A stretch of 63,673 bases of DNA, counting the filler, from Reclinomonas americana ATCC 50394 (lineage: Eukaryota), in NCBI GenBank assembly GCA_048213135.1. It is 7 parts of 4 records of this genome, joined end to end, with 100 filler letters (N's around TTAATTAATTAA, not from the genome) between each part and the next. Parts side by side here need not be neighbours in the genome. Positions count along the whole stretch, not along the records: positions 25,479 to 29,696 come from PS015189.1; positions 29,797 to 49,819 come from PS015189.1; 5 more parts are not named here. One strand, 5' to 3'. This document shows positions 25,804 to 37,228 of the stretch, in pieces; within the stretch, counting starts at the first letter, position 1, and each line of letters starts with the position of its first letter. The position numbers and the translations under genes are program-made. The notes under the pieces were generated by a model, which was not told where the DNA came from, did no database searches, and worked only from the letters and a program-made list of their open reading frames with translations.

Positions 25804-28272
25804 CTACAAGAAGCGACGCATCAATTCAGTGCGCAGCGAAGCGATCCTGGCCGATCCCGGCGGCGATATGGTGCGCGGTGGACCCAAGGCGATCGTTGGT
25901 CGCTGGTAGTGGTGCGCCTGCAAGGACATAAGTGCCGCGCCGCCTCGTGCTTCGGGTGGAATGTGCGTCGCCATGAGTAGCGAGGCGAGCCCACCGTCGG
26001 TCTCGGACGACAGTGGTCGCTCAAACCTGCAGCAGAGAGTGAGTGAGTGAGCGAGTGAACCGGTGTCTGACAAAACGTGAGGATGGTTGATGGCGGTGCT
26101 GCCGCTGCGCACCTGGAGGTGTGGAATCGATCGGGCGACAGCGATCGTCCGAGCAGTCGGCGCATGGGAGCGCTGCCCGGCAACACGAGACGCTCCGCAT
26201 TCACCACGACCACATCGTCGGGCGCAAGACCAAGATCAATGGATCGCGGACGTGGCGAAGTGGTGCCCGAGGGAGCGCGCGGGTTCACAAAAGCGTCCCA
26301 GTCGGCAGCAGCAGCAGCAGCAGCAGGAGGAGGTGGCTGTGAGTCGCGCGATGCAAGTGCTGCGGATGGCTTCCCCGCCGTCGGCGTCTCCTTGAAGAAG
26401 CCGGCGTGATGGCGGAACTCGTGCTCCAGCACCGCTTGCCGTCGTTGCTCCTCCTCCGCAAGCATATCGCGAAACAGTTCCTGCAGACTCTTCTCCGGCG
26501 CCGGCGACTGGCCGTTTTGAGGTGCATGCTCTGCGGTGCCATTTACCATCGCCGTCGCCGGACGTAGCGATGGATGCGTTGCTGCTCGTCGACCAGACGA
26601 GCCTGTATATACGTGTGCGAGCAGTGAGCGCCTGGCACGAGGACGTGACAGAAGCAAGAGACAGACCTTCGGTGTGATGACGAGTGGGGCGGTTCAGGAG
26701 TGACTCCCATGACGTGGGGACCTGCGATTGCACCTCTCGCCTCGGTGACGGCGCAGCAGATGATGGTGCCGACGATGCCGGTGTCAAGCCGCCCTCCGGC
26801 CGCGGCGAACCGGAGATTGGAGTTGCCGGCGCGGCCGCTCGTGGTGGCGACGGCGATCGAGGCAGAGTTGCCCGTCTCCTCTGCTGCTCCTCCTCAATGG
26901 CCGCAAGTTGCGCCTCCAGCCGCGCCTTTTGCAACTTGAGCTCCAACACGCGGATCTCTTCGAGTCGCATGCGCGAGGCAGCGGTCTCTGGCACAGCGAC
27001 CATCGGCGGCGCCTCCATCGACGGCTGCGGCGATGGCGATGGTGACGGCGAAGGCGACAAGCGTGTGAAGGGTGGTACGGGCGGTGTCGGTGGTGATGGT
27101 GGTGACGCAGACAATGGCGATGGAGTTGGTGATGCACCCCACGCGTCTCCGGAGTCGGTGCCGACGGCCACCGAGGTGTGCGTCTCACCAGGTCGGGCAG
27201 TGACAAACGCAACACGGCGACGCGACGGTGACTCTCCATACTAAATGTTTCACACACATGAGTATGTATGCATATCGCTCCTTCTCAGCTCCAGCGTACC
27301 ACATCATACCTGCAGCGTGGACGGTTGCGTTGGTGGCGGCGTTTGTGTCGTGCGACTCAGCTGCGTTTGCGTGTGCTGTTCTTGCATCACCGGCAACGAC
27401 ACTGGACGAACGGCGCCCACCGTCAGGCCACCGTTGTTGCCGGGAAAGAGTGCTCGCTGCAGATCGTCGTCCTTTTTGCCACACAGTGAGCACCCTCACC
27501 TCAACAAACAGCAACACAGCACGAGGAAGACGAATCACCTGCGCACGCCGTGCTCTGCCATCGTCATCAGTGTCGTCACCATCATCGACCGCCGTCGGCA
27601 CTCCGCGGATCAAACTGAACTGCTGCGACGATCGTGACTGCGACGACGGCCGATCGTCCTCATCCTCGTCAATCACATGCTGCCGATGCACAATCAGTGG
27701 TCTTCGACGCGACGACCGACTCTCCGACATGCGCAGCCGCTCCGCTTGCACCGGCGCCTGCTGTCCATACTCTGCACCACTCTCCACACTGCGGTACTCG
27801 TCATCATCGCTGCCCTCAGCATCATCATCATACGGATAATAGTCGACCACCTCGACCACAGCATCGCGGCTGTACCATCCGTCGACGAGATGCCCGACTC
27901 GCGAATCGAATGACTTGGGCGACTGGTCCAGCAGCGGTGCGCTTGGCGATCCGCGTGATGCAGTGAACGTGGAGGCCGAGGGAGATGATGAAACGAGTGT
28001 GGAAAGTGGGATTGATGGTGGTGGTGGCGTGTCGACTGCTGCTGTTGTCACTGTCGTTGTTGTCGTTGTTGGTGGTGACGCTGGTGCGGTGGTGTTACGC
28101 GGTGCACCGAGTCGAGTGGGAGGCGATAAGCTGCTCCGCGAAATGTGAGCGTGGTGCGAGCACATCTCCCTCTCTGCCTCTCTTACCGACGTGAGTACTC
28201 GAGTCGCGTCTCCAGCGTGCGTCGCTGCTCATCAGGCGCGGGAACCGAGGTCGCAGTGCGCGCTCGCAACAT
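25804..28272 (-). CDS. Uncharacterised S/P-rich protein with coiled-coil segments, about 5 introns
   Basis: Exons join in frame at GT-AG sites. Coiled coils RLEEIRVLELKLQKARLEAQLAAIEEEQQ and LFRDMLAEEEQRRQAVLEHEF. Ends ...MRRFL* (TAG). The start codon is tentative. Confidence 0.6.
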
Positions 28273-28652
28273 TCTGCGTTGGTGTCGGAAATGTTCACCA
28301 GGACACCGACGGATGTGCGTCAAAGAGTGGTGGCGCAGGAGGTCACTGAGCGGCACGCGCAGCATGCCACTGCAAGGAGCGCGCACGATCGCAGGCGTCG
28401 AGCGATGACGCATGCACGTCGTCGGTGATGAACGTCGCAATCTCTTGCGTGCGTGAAAGAGCGCTGCTCACCGATCGATAGGCGCATGCAGTGCAAGCAA
28501 GCAGTCTCCCGCTCTCTACGACTCCCGCGCCTGCTTGTGCCATTGCCTTGGCGTGAGAACTCTCGAAAAAAACGCGTCGTCCTGCTCATTCCCGTTTTTC
28601 ATCTCCGCTCGCACGCACGCACTCATCGCTTACTCTTCTGTGAGTTGTGAGG

Positions 28653-29654
28653 ATGAACGCCGAGGAGCTCAAGTCGCACCGACGGTGGCGATTCCGTGGC
28701 GGTTGCTTCACGCAGTCGGTGTACTTGTGTGCGCGTGTGCTCACCTGGCTCTGCCGGTGGTCCATCAATCGCCTGCTCTCGCGTGTCTTGTGGCCTAATG
28801 TGCACATCGAGGGGCAGATGAGTGAACGGTGAGTGTGCGAGGGAGAGAGAGAGAGTGGGGGGCGTGAAGGCGATGTCCGCGCCATTGTCTGTTACAGTGT
28901 CACACACACGCGCACGCACGCGCACGCACGCGCTCCCTACAAGACAACTCCTCTAATGTCCATCTGTGTCTGTGTGTCTCTTCTGCTGCTGCTGTTGTCT
29001 CGAGAGTCCCGATGAGTTGCATCGCATTCACCACCGAACTCTCTCTTACCTCTCTCCCTCCCTCTCTTGTCTTTCCCTCTCTGTGCGCTCGCTGTGTGCT
29101 CCCATCATGTGATGAGTTGTGAGAGCGCGTTGTCGTGTTTGTGGCATGCTCGCATTCACTGACATGCATTTCGCACGCGCGCGCGCCATGCATCGATCAA
29201 TCATCGGCGATCACAGCACGAAGACGTGGCGAAAAGTGCTATTTGGAATCTTGTTTGGCTTGATGGCGCTGGTGGCCATGCCGCTCGCTGGCCTCGGCTT
29301 TCTCATCCAACTCCCGCTGGCGGTGTTCTTGCGACGGGAGTTTGTGTATCGGTGCCCTTCGGAGCGCTCGTTGGCAACCTCGGGCGGCCTCATCATCAGT
29401 GGCTCCGACTCGGGCAGAGGAGGCATGCCGGTCGATGGTCTGCTGTTGGGTGAGAGCGCTGCCGGTGGACACGCCCTGCAACGGGAGCCGTGGCCGTCAA
29501 AGTGCGTTGCCGTGTGTGTGTGTGTGTTTGCAGAGGGTTGTATTGGTGACGCTGACTATGTGCGTGCAGCAATCCCGAGGAGCCGGCGTACCACCTCACC
29601 TTCCGCATCGGCAGCATCAACATTTGCATGCTCCCCGAAATCGCCTCGCGCAAG
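28653..29654 (+). CDS. SMPD3: Neutral sphingomyelinase 2 (SMPD3)-like, part 1: N-terminal hydrophobic segments and first catalytic strand
   Basis: LTWLCRWSINRLLS and LMALVAMPLAGLGFLIQLPL..LRREFVY resemble the nSMase2 N-terminal segments. FRIGSINICMLPE resembles nSMase2 FATANxCLLPD. Confidence 0.75.
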
Positions 29655-29796
29655 GTCTGTGTGTGTGTCACAGAAAGAGAGAGAGAGAGAGCAGGANNNN
29701 NNNNNNNNNNNNNNNNNNNNNNNNNNNNNNNNNNNNNNNNTTAATTAATTAANNNNNNNNNNNNNNNNNNNNNNNNNNNNNNNNNNNNNNNNNNNN

Positions 29797-30449
29797 ACCA
29801 CTCGCTCAAAATCCGGCTTCAGCGTCATGAACTTGAAGTCGCTGACCCAGCGACGCATCAACCCCAGGTGCTCACACCGCATGGCGTGTGTGCGCTGGTG
29901 CGGTGGTGCATCCACGTCGGCGTGCATGTGTGTGTTGAAGACGTAGCCGACACGCCGCTTGCCGTCGGCAAAGAGCGGATACTCAAAGTCGATCTTGACG
30001 CACAGCAGACCCTTGCAGGCGTGCGCATCGGCGCCCAGCGAGCTCGGGTACGGGTAGAATCGCACCGCGGTGATCGGGTGTCGCGAGGCCACATACAGAC
30101 CGCTGTTGACCGCCCACCTGTTGAGACGCCAGCTGTCAACGCCGACCTTGCCGACACTGTACGGGAAGTAGCGCGAAATCCGTCGCTCCAGCAGATTGGT
30201 GGCGTCCTCGTCAAACAGCTCCTGCACGGCGATCACATCCACCGGCCCAAAGCGCTCCAACACGGGGATGCGATCTGCACCCGCCGGCGGCACCGGTGAC
30301 GCCGAGCCGCTGCCCACACCCGATCCACTCTCCTCGTCGTCCGGAGCGCGTGCGCGCACCATGTCAGAGAGCGTCGGTCTCGACAGCTGTCCCTCGATGA
30401 GACGCACCGCCAGCTGCTCGGCTCGCACCATGGGCACCGTGAAACCGTT
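29797..30449 (-). CDS. SMPD3: Neutral sphingomyelinase 2-like, part 2 (on an inverted contig)
   Basis: EEP/DNase-I-like motifs DVIAVQELFD, NSGLYVASRHPI, DAHACKGLLCVKI and GYVFNTHMHA. The segment starts with an intron acceptor that fits the donor at 29655. Confidence 0.85.
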
Positions 30450-30615
30450 CTGCGTGGTACGAGTGAGCCACCACGCNNNNNNNNNNNNNNNNNNNNTTTA
30501 TTTTAGCAAGACAGGCGGTGATGTGTACTGAAAGAAAACACTCCTCCGGGCAGGAGGAGGAGGAGGAGGAGACACCGAAAACCGTGCCTTTCAAACACGA
30601 GCTGCTGAGCGAACC

Positions 30616-31335
30616 ATGCCGACCATTACTGCCAGTCATTTCGAGCTGTTTCGTCGTGTGCGCGGTCTGCTGCTGCGTATGCGCTTCAAGCTGATGGCGT
30701 GCGAGTCCATTGAGGACAGCTGGTGCGTATTCTCTTCGCCATCGGCCTCTGCCGGCTGATTACAAAAAAAGCTGTGTTTGTGTGGCAGGTCCGGAATGCT
30801 CAGCGATCCGCTGCAAGCACTGCTCAATGTCGCGCACTTTGTGTCCCGGCGCTTCTCCCGACCACTCTCGCGTCACCTGAGCGACCTGCTGCCCCCGTGC
30901 GCCACCCCCGAAATGTCGGTCCGCACCGCTGTGGCCACGGCCGTGCATCTCAGCTACGCGATGCTCGGCACTCTGTCGCCGTACAAACGGGAAGAAACGG
31001 TGGCGGAGACGGCGTCCGCGGCAGAGACGGGCACGGACGAGGAGGAAGATATGCTGCTACGCATCTTTACGCACCGTGAGGACGGTCTCGCCGACAAGCT
31101 GCACTGGATGGAGCGCATTTGCCGCGAGGCCATTGACTGGCATAACCGACACGCCGCACAGCGACGCTACGAAAAGGAACGACTGCGCCGCCAGCAGCAG
31201 GAGGCCGAAGAGGAGGAGATGCGGGAGCTGGTCCGCATTGAGGAAGAGTACGAGAAACTCCTCATCGAACTCAGTGAGCGTGTGAGAGCGCACGGTGCCG
31301 CCGAGGAGGCAGCATCGGAGGCAGTGCAAGAGTGA
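30616..31335 (+). CDS. Uncharacterised helical protein with C-terminal coiled coil, 1 intron
   Basis: MPTITASHFELFRRV...IEDSW|SGMLSDPLQALLNV...RRYEKERLRRQQQEAEEEEMRELVRIEEEYEKLL...E*. Confidence 0.65.
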
Positions 31336-31447
31336 AAAAACGCCCCGCAAGAACCAGAAACCGTAACAAACCACGTGACTACACCTTTAACCCCAAGCAC
31401 ACGAGAGAGAAAGCAGAAGACAGCACGCACAGGTCTCTTGACCTCGC

Positions 31448-32642
31448 TCATCTCACGGTGAAACGGAGTTGCAGGGCGACGTGGTCGGTGATGCCGGCGC
31501 CGGCACACACGAGATCCCAGTCAAATTGTACAGCATTTTCCAAATCCGCATTCAGTGAGTCCTCACCACGCACGAGCTCTGCGTGCACGGTCACGAAGTC
31601 ACGAATGAGCCACTTCACACGCACTGCGTACAATGAGCACGATCGCCACTCAACTGTGCCCGTGCACTTCCTCGTCCAACACAATGTAGTCCAGTCGACG
31701 GCCACACGGCACCTTGCCGTCCTCTGCGCGCACGCACACACACACATACACACCAACCAATAAGTGCGAGTCCGTGACATACTCCTGCCACTTGCCAGCG
31801 ACTCACCACTGGTCTCGATAAATTGCTCTCGCTTCGCCTTGGACATGATCAGGCTGCGGAAGAGCGCCGCTGGGGTAGTGAAGCCGTCGCCCCACACCGA
31901 ACCCACATTGGTGCCAAGCACCCAAGCTGGTGAGAACAGAATGAGACCTCCTTCACCTCCCACCTCCCACCTCCCACCTCCACCAGCATGAGAGCCCCAC
32001 ACGCAACGATAATCACGACCTGGCGCAGCGCGGCACGGGTCAATGAACTTGGCGCCGTCACGCAGCGGCTTGCGCATCGAGTCGTTGGAACTGCCGCTGT
32101 CCACACCGAGCTCCACGTCCATCAGACGATGGTGAGAGTCGACTGCCAGCTGCACTGCCGTGGCCCGCGCCGTCGATGCCGCCCGCGACCGTGACGCCGA
32201 GGCCAGAGCCGTCAGCAGTGAAGGCCGCGGTGGATCCGAGGTCGGGGCCGGCGCGCTGCCACCACCGCCGTCCGACGTCACCGTAATGTTGATCGACGAC
32301 ATTTCCGTGCTCGTGTTCTGCTCGTCGTCGTGATCCAAGTCGCCGGTGCTGAACGGTTCGTCCTCCGGCGGTGGCGATTGTGGCTGCTGCTGCTGCTGCT
32401 GCTGCGATTGCTGCTGCGACTGCTGCTGCGGTTGCGACAGTTGCTGCTGGAAGGGCGGCATGTTCTGACCAAAAAATGGGGGTGCGCGCGCCGGACTGAC
32501 GCTCGGCCGCCTCGTCAGTGACAGCTGCGGCGCCATCGTGGGGCCCGCTTGCGGCGGTGAGAACCAGAACGGATGTGTGTACTCGGGCTCGTCCCAAATG
32601 CCGGCATTGTCAAAGTTGAGATCGCCGCACAGCGTCGACAGT
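31448..32642 (-). CDS. SMPD3: Neutral sphingomyelinase 2-like, part 3 (on a second inverted contig)
   Basis: LCGDLNFDN, FIDPCRAAPGRDYPWVLGT, GRRLDYIVL and ITDHVALQLRF* match the nSMase2 C-terminal catalytic motifs. Joins part 2 exactly in frame (GTG GT|A CTG TCG). Confidence 0.85.
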
Positions 32643-32914
32643 NNNNNNNNNNNNNNNNNNNNGAAAGAGGGAAAGTGGAGTTGGGCGCTTTTTTTTTCTA
32701 GTTGTCATTTGTATTCATTAGTCAAAAAACATGATCATTATTCTAGCACGTCGTGCGAGTCTATCAGCACTAAACGGCAGCATACACGAGCTCCACTAAA
32801 GTCGGAGTCGTGGACGTAAGGGGGAGAGGAAAATAGGCATTCCAACTCTCTCTCGCGAGAGCCCCCCAATCTTGAAGCAGCAGTGTGATCGTCGTCACTT
32901 GCGTCGTGTCGGCA

Positions 32915-33649
32915 TTAGACGACCACACGCGGCACCGGCCAGCGCACGGCATACTCGGTCGGCGGCAACTCATCAAGCCACTCATCAATGCGCTCAAAGA
33001 GGCGTCGCGTGCGCTCCAGTTCCGGTTGCAAGTAGACCTCGGGCGCCTCACTCAGCGCTAGCACATACGAGTCCTGGCGCTTCAGCGGCACACCGCCATC
33101 CTCATCCACCACCACGGCCGCCACGTCAGCAGCGTCCGCGTCAGTGGCGTGCACCTCGCGGCCACTGATGAGCGCCAGCAGTTGCGGGCGCAACTCGTCG
33201 ACGACCACCGAGGCCAGTGACGAGACCGCCGTCGATGATGACGACAGCAGCGGCGGGTTGGTGGATGACACAGTCAAGTGCTGCAGGATGCGGTCGGCGG
33301 CGTCACGCGCCACCGGGGACACGCCGCCCTCGTCGACCATCATGTGTGACACTCGGCGCTCCCACGTGGACATGTGCGATGCGAGCGACGACGACGTGGA
33401 GCGCGACTGCGGCAGCTGGTGCTGTTGTTGTTGCTGGTAGCTGTGCACGATCTCCAGGTCCTCCTCGTCTTCGTCGTCGTCGTGGTATACAACGTCGCCA
33501 GAGGCAAGCATCGTGGCCGAGGGAAGTCGCACTTCAGCGGGCGCAGACATGCGATACTTTTGTTGTTGTTGCGTCTGTTGTTGGTGGGCGCTCTCTTCTC
33601 GTTGTTGTTGGAGGTGTCGTTGATGTTGAGCACTGTGAGCGCAGCCCAT
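32915..33649 (-). CDS. Intronless protein with an N-terminal MGC motif (candidate myristoylation/palmitoylation)
   Basis: Starts MGCAHSAQ; Q-rich and acidic tracts; C-terminal ERTRRLFERIDEWLDELP. Confidence 0.55.
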   Translation of the reverse strand: MGCAHSAQHQRHLQQQREESAHQQQTQQQQKYRMSAPAEVRLPSATMLASGDVVYHDDDEDEEDLEIVHSYQQQQQHQLPQSRSTSSSLASHMSTWERRVSHMMVDEGGVSPVARDAADRILQHLTVSSTNPPLLSSSSTAVSSLASVVVDELRPQLLALISGREVHATDADAADVAAVVVDEDGGVPLKRQDSYVLALSEAPEVYLQPELERTRRLFERIDEWLDELPPTEYAVRWPVPRVVV

Positions 33650-34326
33650 TGTAGTTGTTGTCGTGGTTGTCAGCTCTCTCACGGAGTGTGTTGATTGTGA
33701 TGATTGCGACCAAGTCCGCGAATTTGCCTGAAATGTCGGCGACGGCGCCGAAAATAACTCACTCGCCGCGATGGCTGCCCCGTGTGCTCGCTGATGCTCT
33801 CAAACGGAAGAAAGGTCACATATATCGATGCAGCTGATGCACTGCCTCACTCCGCGCACACCGCTCGCGTCGCCCGAGCGCTGGCAGAGCGCGAGATTCG
33901 AAATGTCCGATCCACTGCATCAGTTGCCGCCGCGCGCGCGCAACCAAATTCGAGCATGGATGCCAGGGGCGCGAGCGCGCGCGCTCTTGATGTGATCCTC
34001 ACATAACCCACGCGTCCATGGTGCATTACCGATGGCCGCCGGGCACCGGGCGTGCAACCCCGACCGCTTCCGTCGAGCTCGCTGCGCGCTGCGAGCTGTC
34101 GCCGGCCGACGAATACCCGTTCCGGAGGTCCGCGAATACCGCCCGCAACTCCGACAAATGCAAACGGGTTCACTTTGCCTTCATTTTATTGGCCGCCACT
34201 GCTGCTCTCGCAACTGCTATGCGACCTGTGTTTGCGTGGACGCCACCCTTCCCCCCACAGATTCTCCCCGGTATTTGTCAGATTAATGGTATTGCGTCCC
34301 GGGAAATATGTATTTGCGATGTGTTG

Positions 34327-37048
34327 TCATGGATGGTGCTTCTTGAGGGCCGGTGGTGCAACGTCATCCTCCTCCTCCTCTTCCTCTTCCTCCTTCCCCT
34401 CCTCGGCATCCTCGCCGGCTGCTTCCATGCGTTCATCGTCACCGTCGTCTTCGTCCTCCTCATCAGAGGCCGCCGCACTCGTTCTGCAGACACATGCAAA
34501 GTCACTACACAGAGAGAGAAGAGCGGGGCAGGTTGGTGGGGAGTCACGCACCTCTTGCCGAGCGCTCGCCTCTTCGGTCCCCAGTTCTCGGGATTCACCA
34601 CGAATTTGACGGTGCGCGACGGACGAGCGTCGTCACGAATGGCCCAGTCGATGCCCTCCACGCTGCACGCCGAGGGGGGAGGAGGAGATGAGGAAACACA
34701 CTCACACGCACGTGTACAGGCAGGCACCCATCGATTGCACGCAACGTTGGCTCCTTGGCGAGAATCAGTGCACCGGCGGAGCCAGCGCGAGGATTGGCGG
34801 AGGGATGGTGATCGCGAACCCACTTGCGAACCACATCCCACAGCACGTGCGGCGGGCAGTCGGTTTTCAGGCCCTTGTAGTTTGCGTGCGTCACCGAGCA
34901 TCGGTAGCCGAGGCTCACCAGCACCGATCTGCAAGAGGCGCTCTGTCGGCAACTGCGAATGACCAGTGCTCACTCACCTCACGCTCTTTCACTCACCTGA
35001 ACAGCGCAATGCGTGGCACCGTGCTCTGCACCGTGCTAAACAGGCGCGACACGACATAAAATAGTGGCACGTCTGGCAGCTCTTCTTGCACGGCCGTCAA
35101 CCTGCAAAGGGGCAGGTGCAGTGAGGAGGTGACACAAAGAGAGACTTGGAGAACGTGAGGTGACGCACAAGCCGAGCATCTTGTTCTCACTGGCGAATTC
35201 GCCACGATTGCTCTTGACGGACTCGATAAGGCGTGCCACAAACTCCTTGTCGTGCAGCGGTCCGTTCCATATCGGACCACCCACCTGCGAGTGTGAAATC
35301 AGTGGACGGAGAGATCTCCTTCTGCACACAGCAGCTATCGTGTGTGTGCTGTCACGCACCAGCACATTCGAACCGGTTTCGGCACACCGCGTCGGAGCCG
35401 TGGCGTAACCGGGCCAGTACTTGATGCCCTTGCCACTCTTGCCGGCAGCGGAGCGCCCGAGTGGCTGAAGAAAGTGCGAATCGCAGCCGGTGCTCTGGTA
35501 CACGTAGGACAGATTGCTGTGTGGATCACAGTGTGAGGAAACAATGGAGAGCAGCTCCCCCCTCCATCTCCCTCCATCTCCAGCACACACCACATCACAT
35601 CCTTGGCTTTCGACGCCTTCTCGAAGACTCGCACAAAGATGCGCACGTAGAAATCAATGTACAGCGACATGACGGGCACAATGTGTCGCTGGTGACGTGC
35701 GGCGTGTTGTGCGATGCACGACAACACAATGCGGACTCCCTGCAACCAAAAAGCATCAGCAATGGACCGCGGTGGAGACACTTTGTGTGGTTCCACCACT
35801 CACCATCTCGTGTCCGTACGGATAGTGCAGCGGCATCGAGCCGTACTTGTTGAAGCACGTCTCTGGATGGTTGCCGCACAGAACCGCCATGTCGGTGCAC
35901 GTGACGCACAGGAGACCTGCATCGAGAGAGTGATGAGATGAGCGACGACTGCAACCACTCGCCCACAAGCATCGCCATGCAACTCACCTCCCGATCGCAC
36001 CGCCTGCACACCGGCGTCGAGGAATTGCGATGCACTGCCGTAGGGATCGAGGTCTGCCACAGGAAGCGCGCGTGAGGTTGATGATGTGCCAAAGGCACAA
36101 GCAACCGCACGTCGTCTCACCGACAATCGTGAACGGTTCGCCGGCCGTTCGCAGCTGGTGCATTACGAATCTACAAACAAACAAGCAGTGAGTCTACAAT
36201 GCGTGTGCGCTGGGAGGGGCGGAGGGAACGCAACGTGGCGTCGCCTTGGCTCGGCACAAACTGCTCCGACTCGATGCCATTGAACTGCAGCAGCAGCAGC
36301 ATTGACGAATGAGTAAGCACAGACACACACAGGCACAGGCACAGGCACACGCACCGCCATGTTGCTTCGAATGTTCTCCACCGCGACCGGATCGAGATCG
36401 TTGGCCATGATTTTCTCCAGACCAGGGATCTCTTTCCAGTACCGGATGGAGCGCAAGCCTGACGGGGCGAAAAGAGCAAGAGCATGAGCGGCTTGTCACT
36501 GAAAGAAGCACACGCGCGTGGGACGAGGCACTGACCACTGGCGGCCAGTCCCTCGAGAATGCTGAGCGGTGCGACGGGTGTAGCGAATGCCGATGCTCCT
36601 TCTGTCTGCGCAGTGAGCAACGGTGCTTCTTCGTCTTCCACTTGCTACGACGCAACTCCGCGCAAAGTACTGCTCATGCTCGACACGCCGTGTGCGGTCA
36701 AACTCTCGAATGACCGCGATCGACAGGTCGCGATTAATGACTTGCGCTGTGTGAGAGAGGGTCAGCAAAGCAAATGCAAAAGAGCCACCTCCGCATGCAC
36801 ACACACACCTGGGTTGTAAAACACTTCCTCGTCAGAGTCGGGGTACAGAATGCGTGCTTGGCCCTCTTGCACCACGCGGAAGCCTGCAATAGGGAGCACG
36901 CATGCATCCACAAATCTTTTTGAGACACTTCTTGCTTTCGCTCTCATTCTCTCTCGTGCTGCTCACCTGCAGGCACTGATGCATCGGTGAGTGTGCTTGC
37001 TGCCGCAGCAGAGACCGTGGACACAGTGGAGGATGAAGAGGATGCCAT
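34327..37048 (-). CDS. TRM1: tRNA (guanine26-N2)-dimethyltransferase
   Basis: Spliced motifs VFYNPAQVINRDLSI, ILEGLAASGLRSIRY, ANDLDP, IVDLDPYGS, GGLLCVTCTD, DFYVRIFVRV, GGPIWNGPLHD, ELPDVPLFY, HANYKGLKTD and NPENWGPK; acidic tail. Confidence 0.96.
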
Positions 37049-37228
37049 GAGGGTTCTGCGCAGCTGCAGGAGACGAAAGAGCATCGGTGGTGCTGATTGC
37101 AGTGAGTCAGTCGGTCGCGCAGCACAGCACGTGTACTGTGTGGAGGTGTGCGCACTTGCCTCTGCACGACCCTGTAGACGACGGGGAGTGGGACTTGGTC
37201 GCTTGCAGGACGCTTTCATTGCACACTT

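Noticed and set aside
26028-26076. Possible shifted donor C|gttttg on the minus strand
   Set aside because: A conventional in-phase donor (AG|gtgcgc) just upstream gives a more typical intron length, so it was not counted.
33990-34200. GC-rich intergenic stretch with a small hairpin (agctcgc...gcgagct), considered as an ncRNA
   Set aside because: No recognisable snRNA, SRP, RNase P/MRP or tRNA motif; short hairpins are expected at this GC content.
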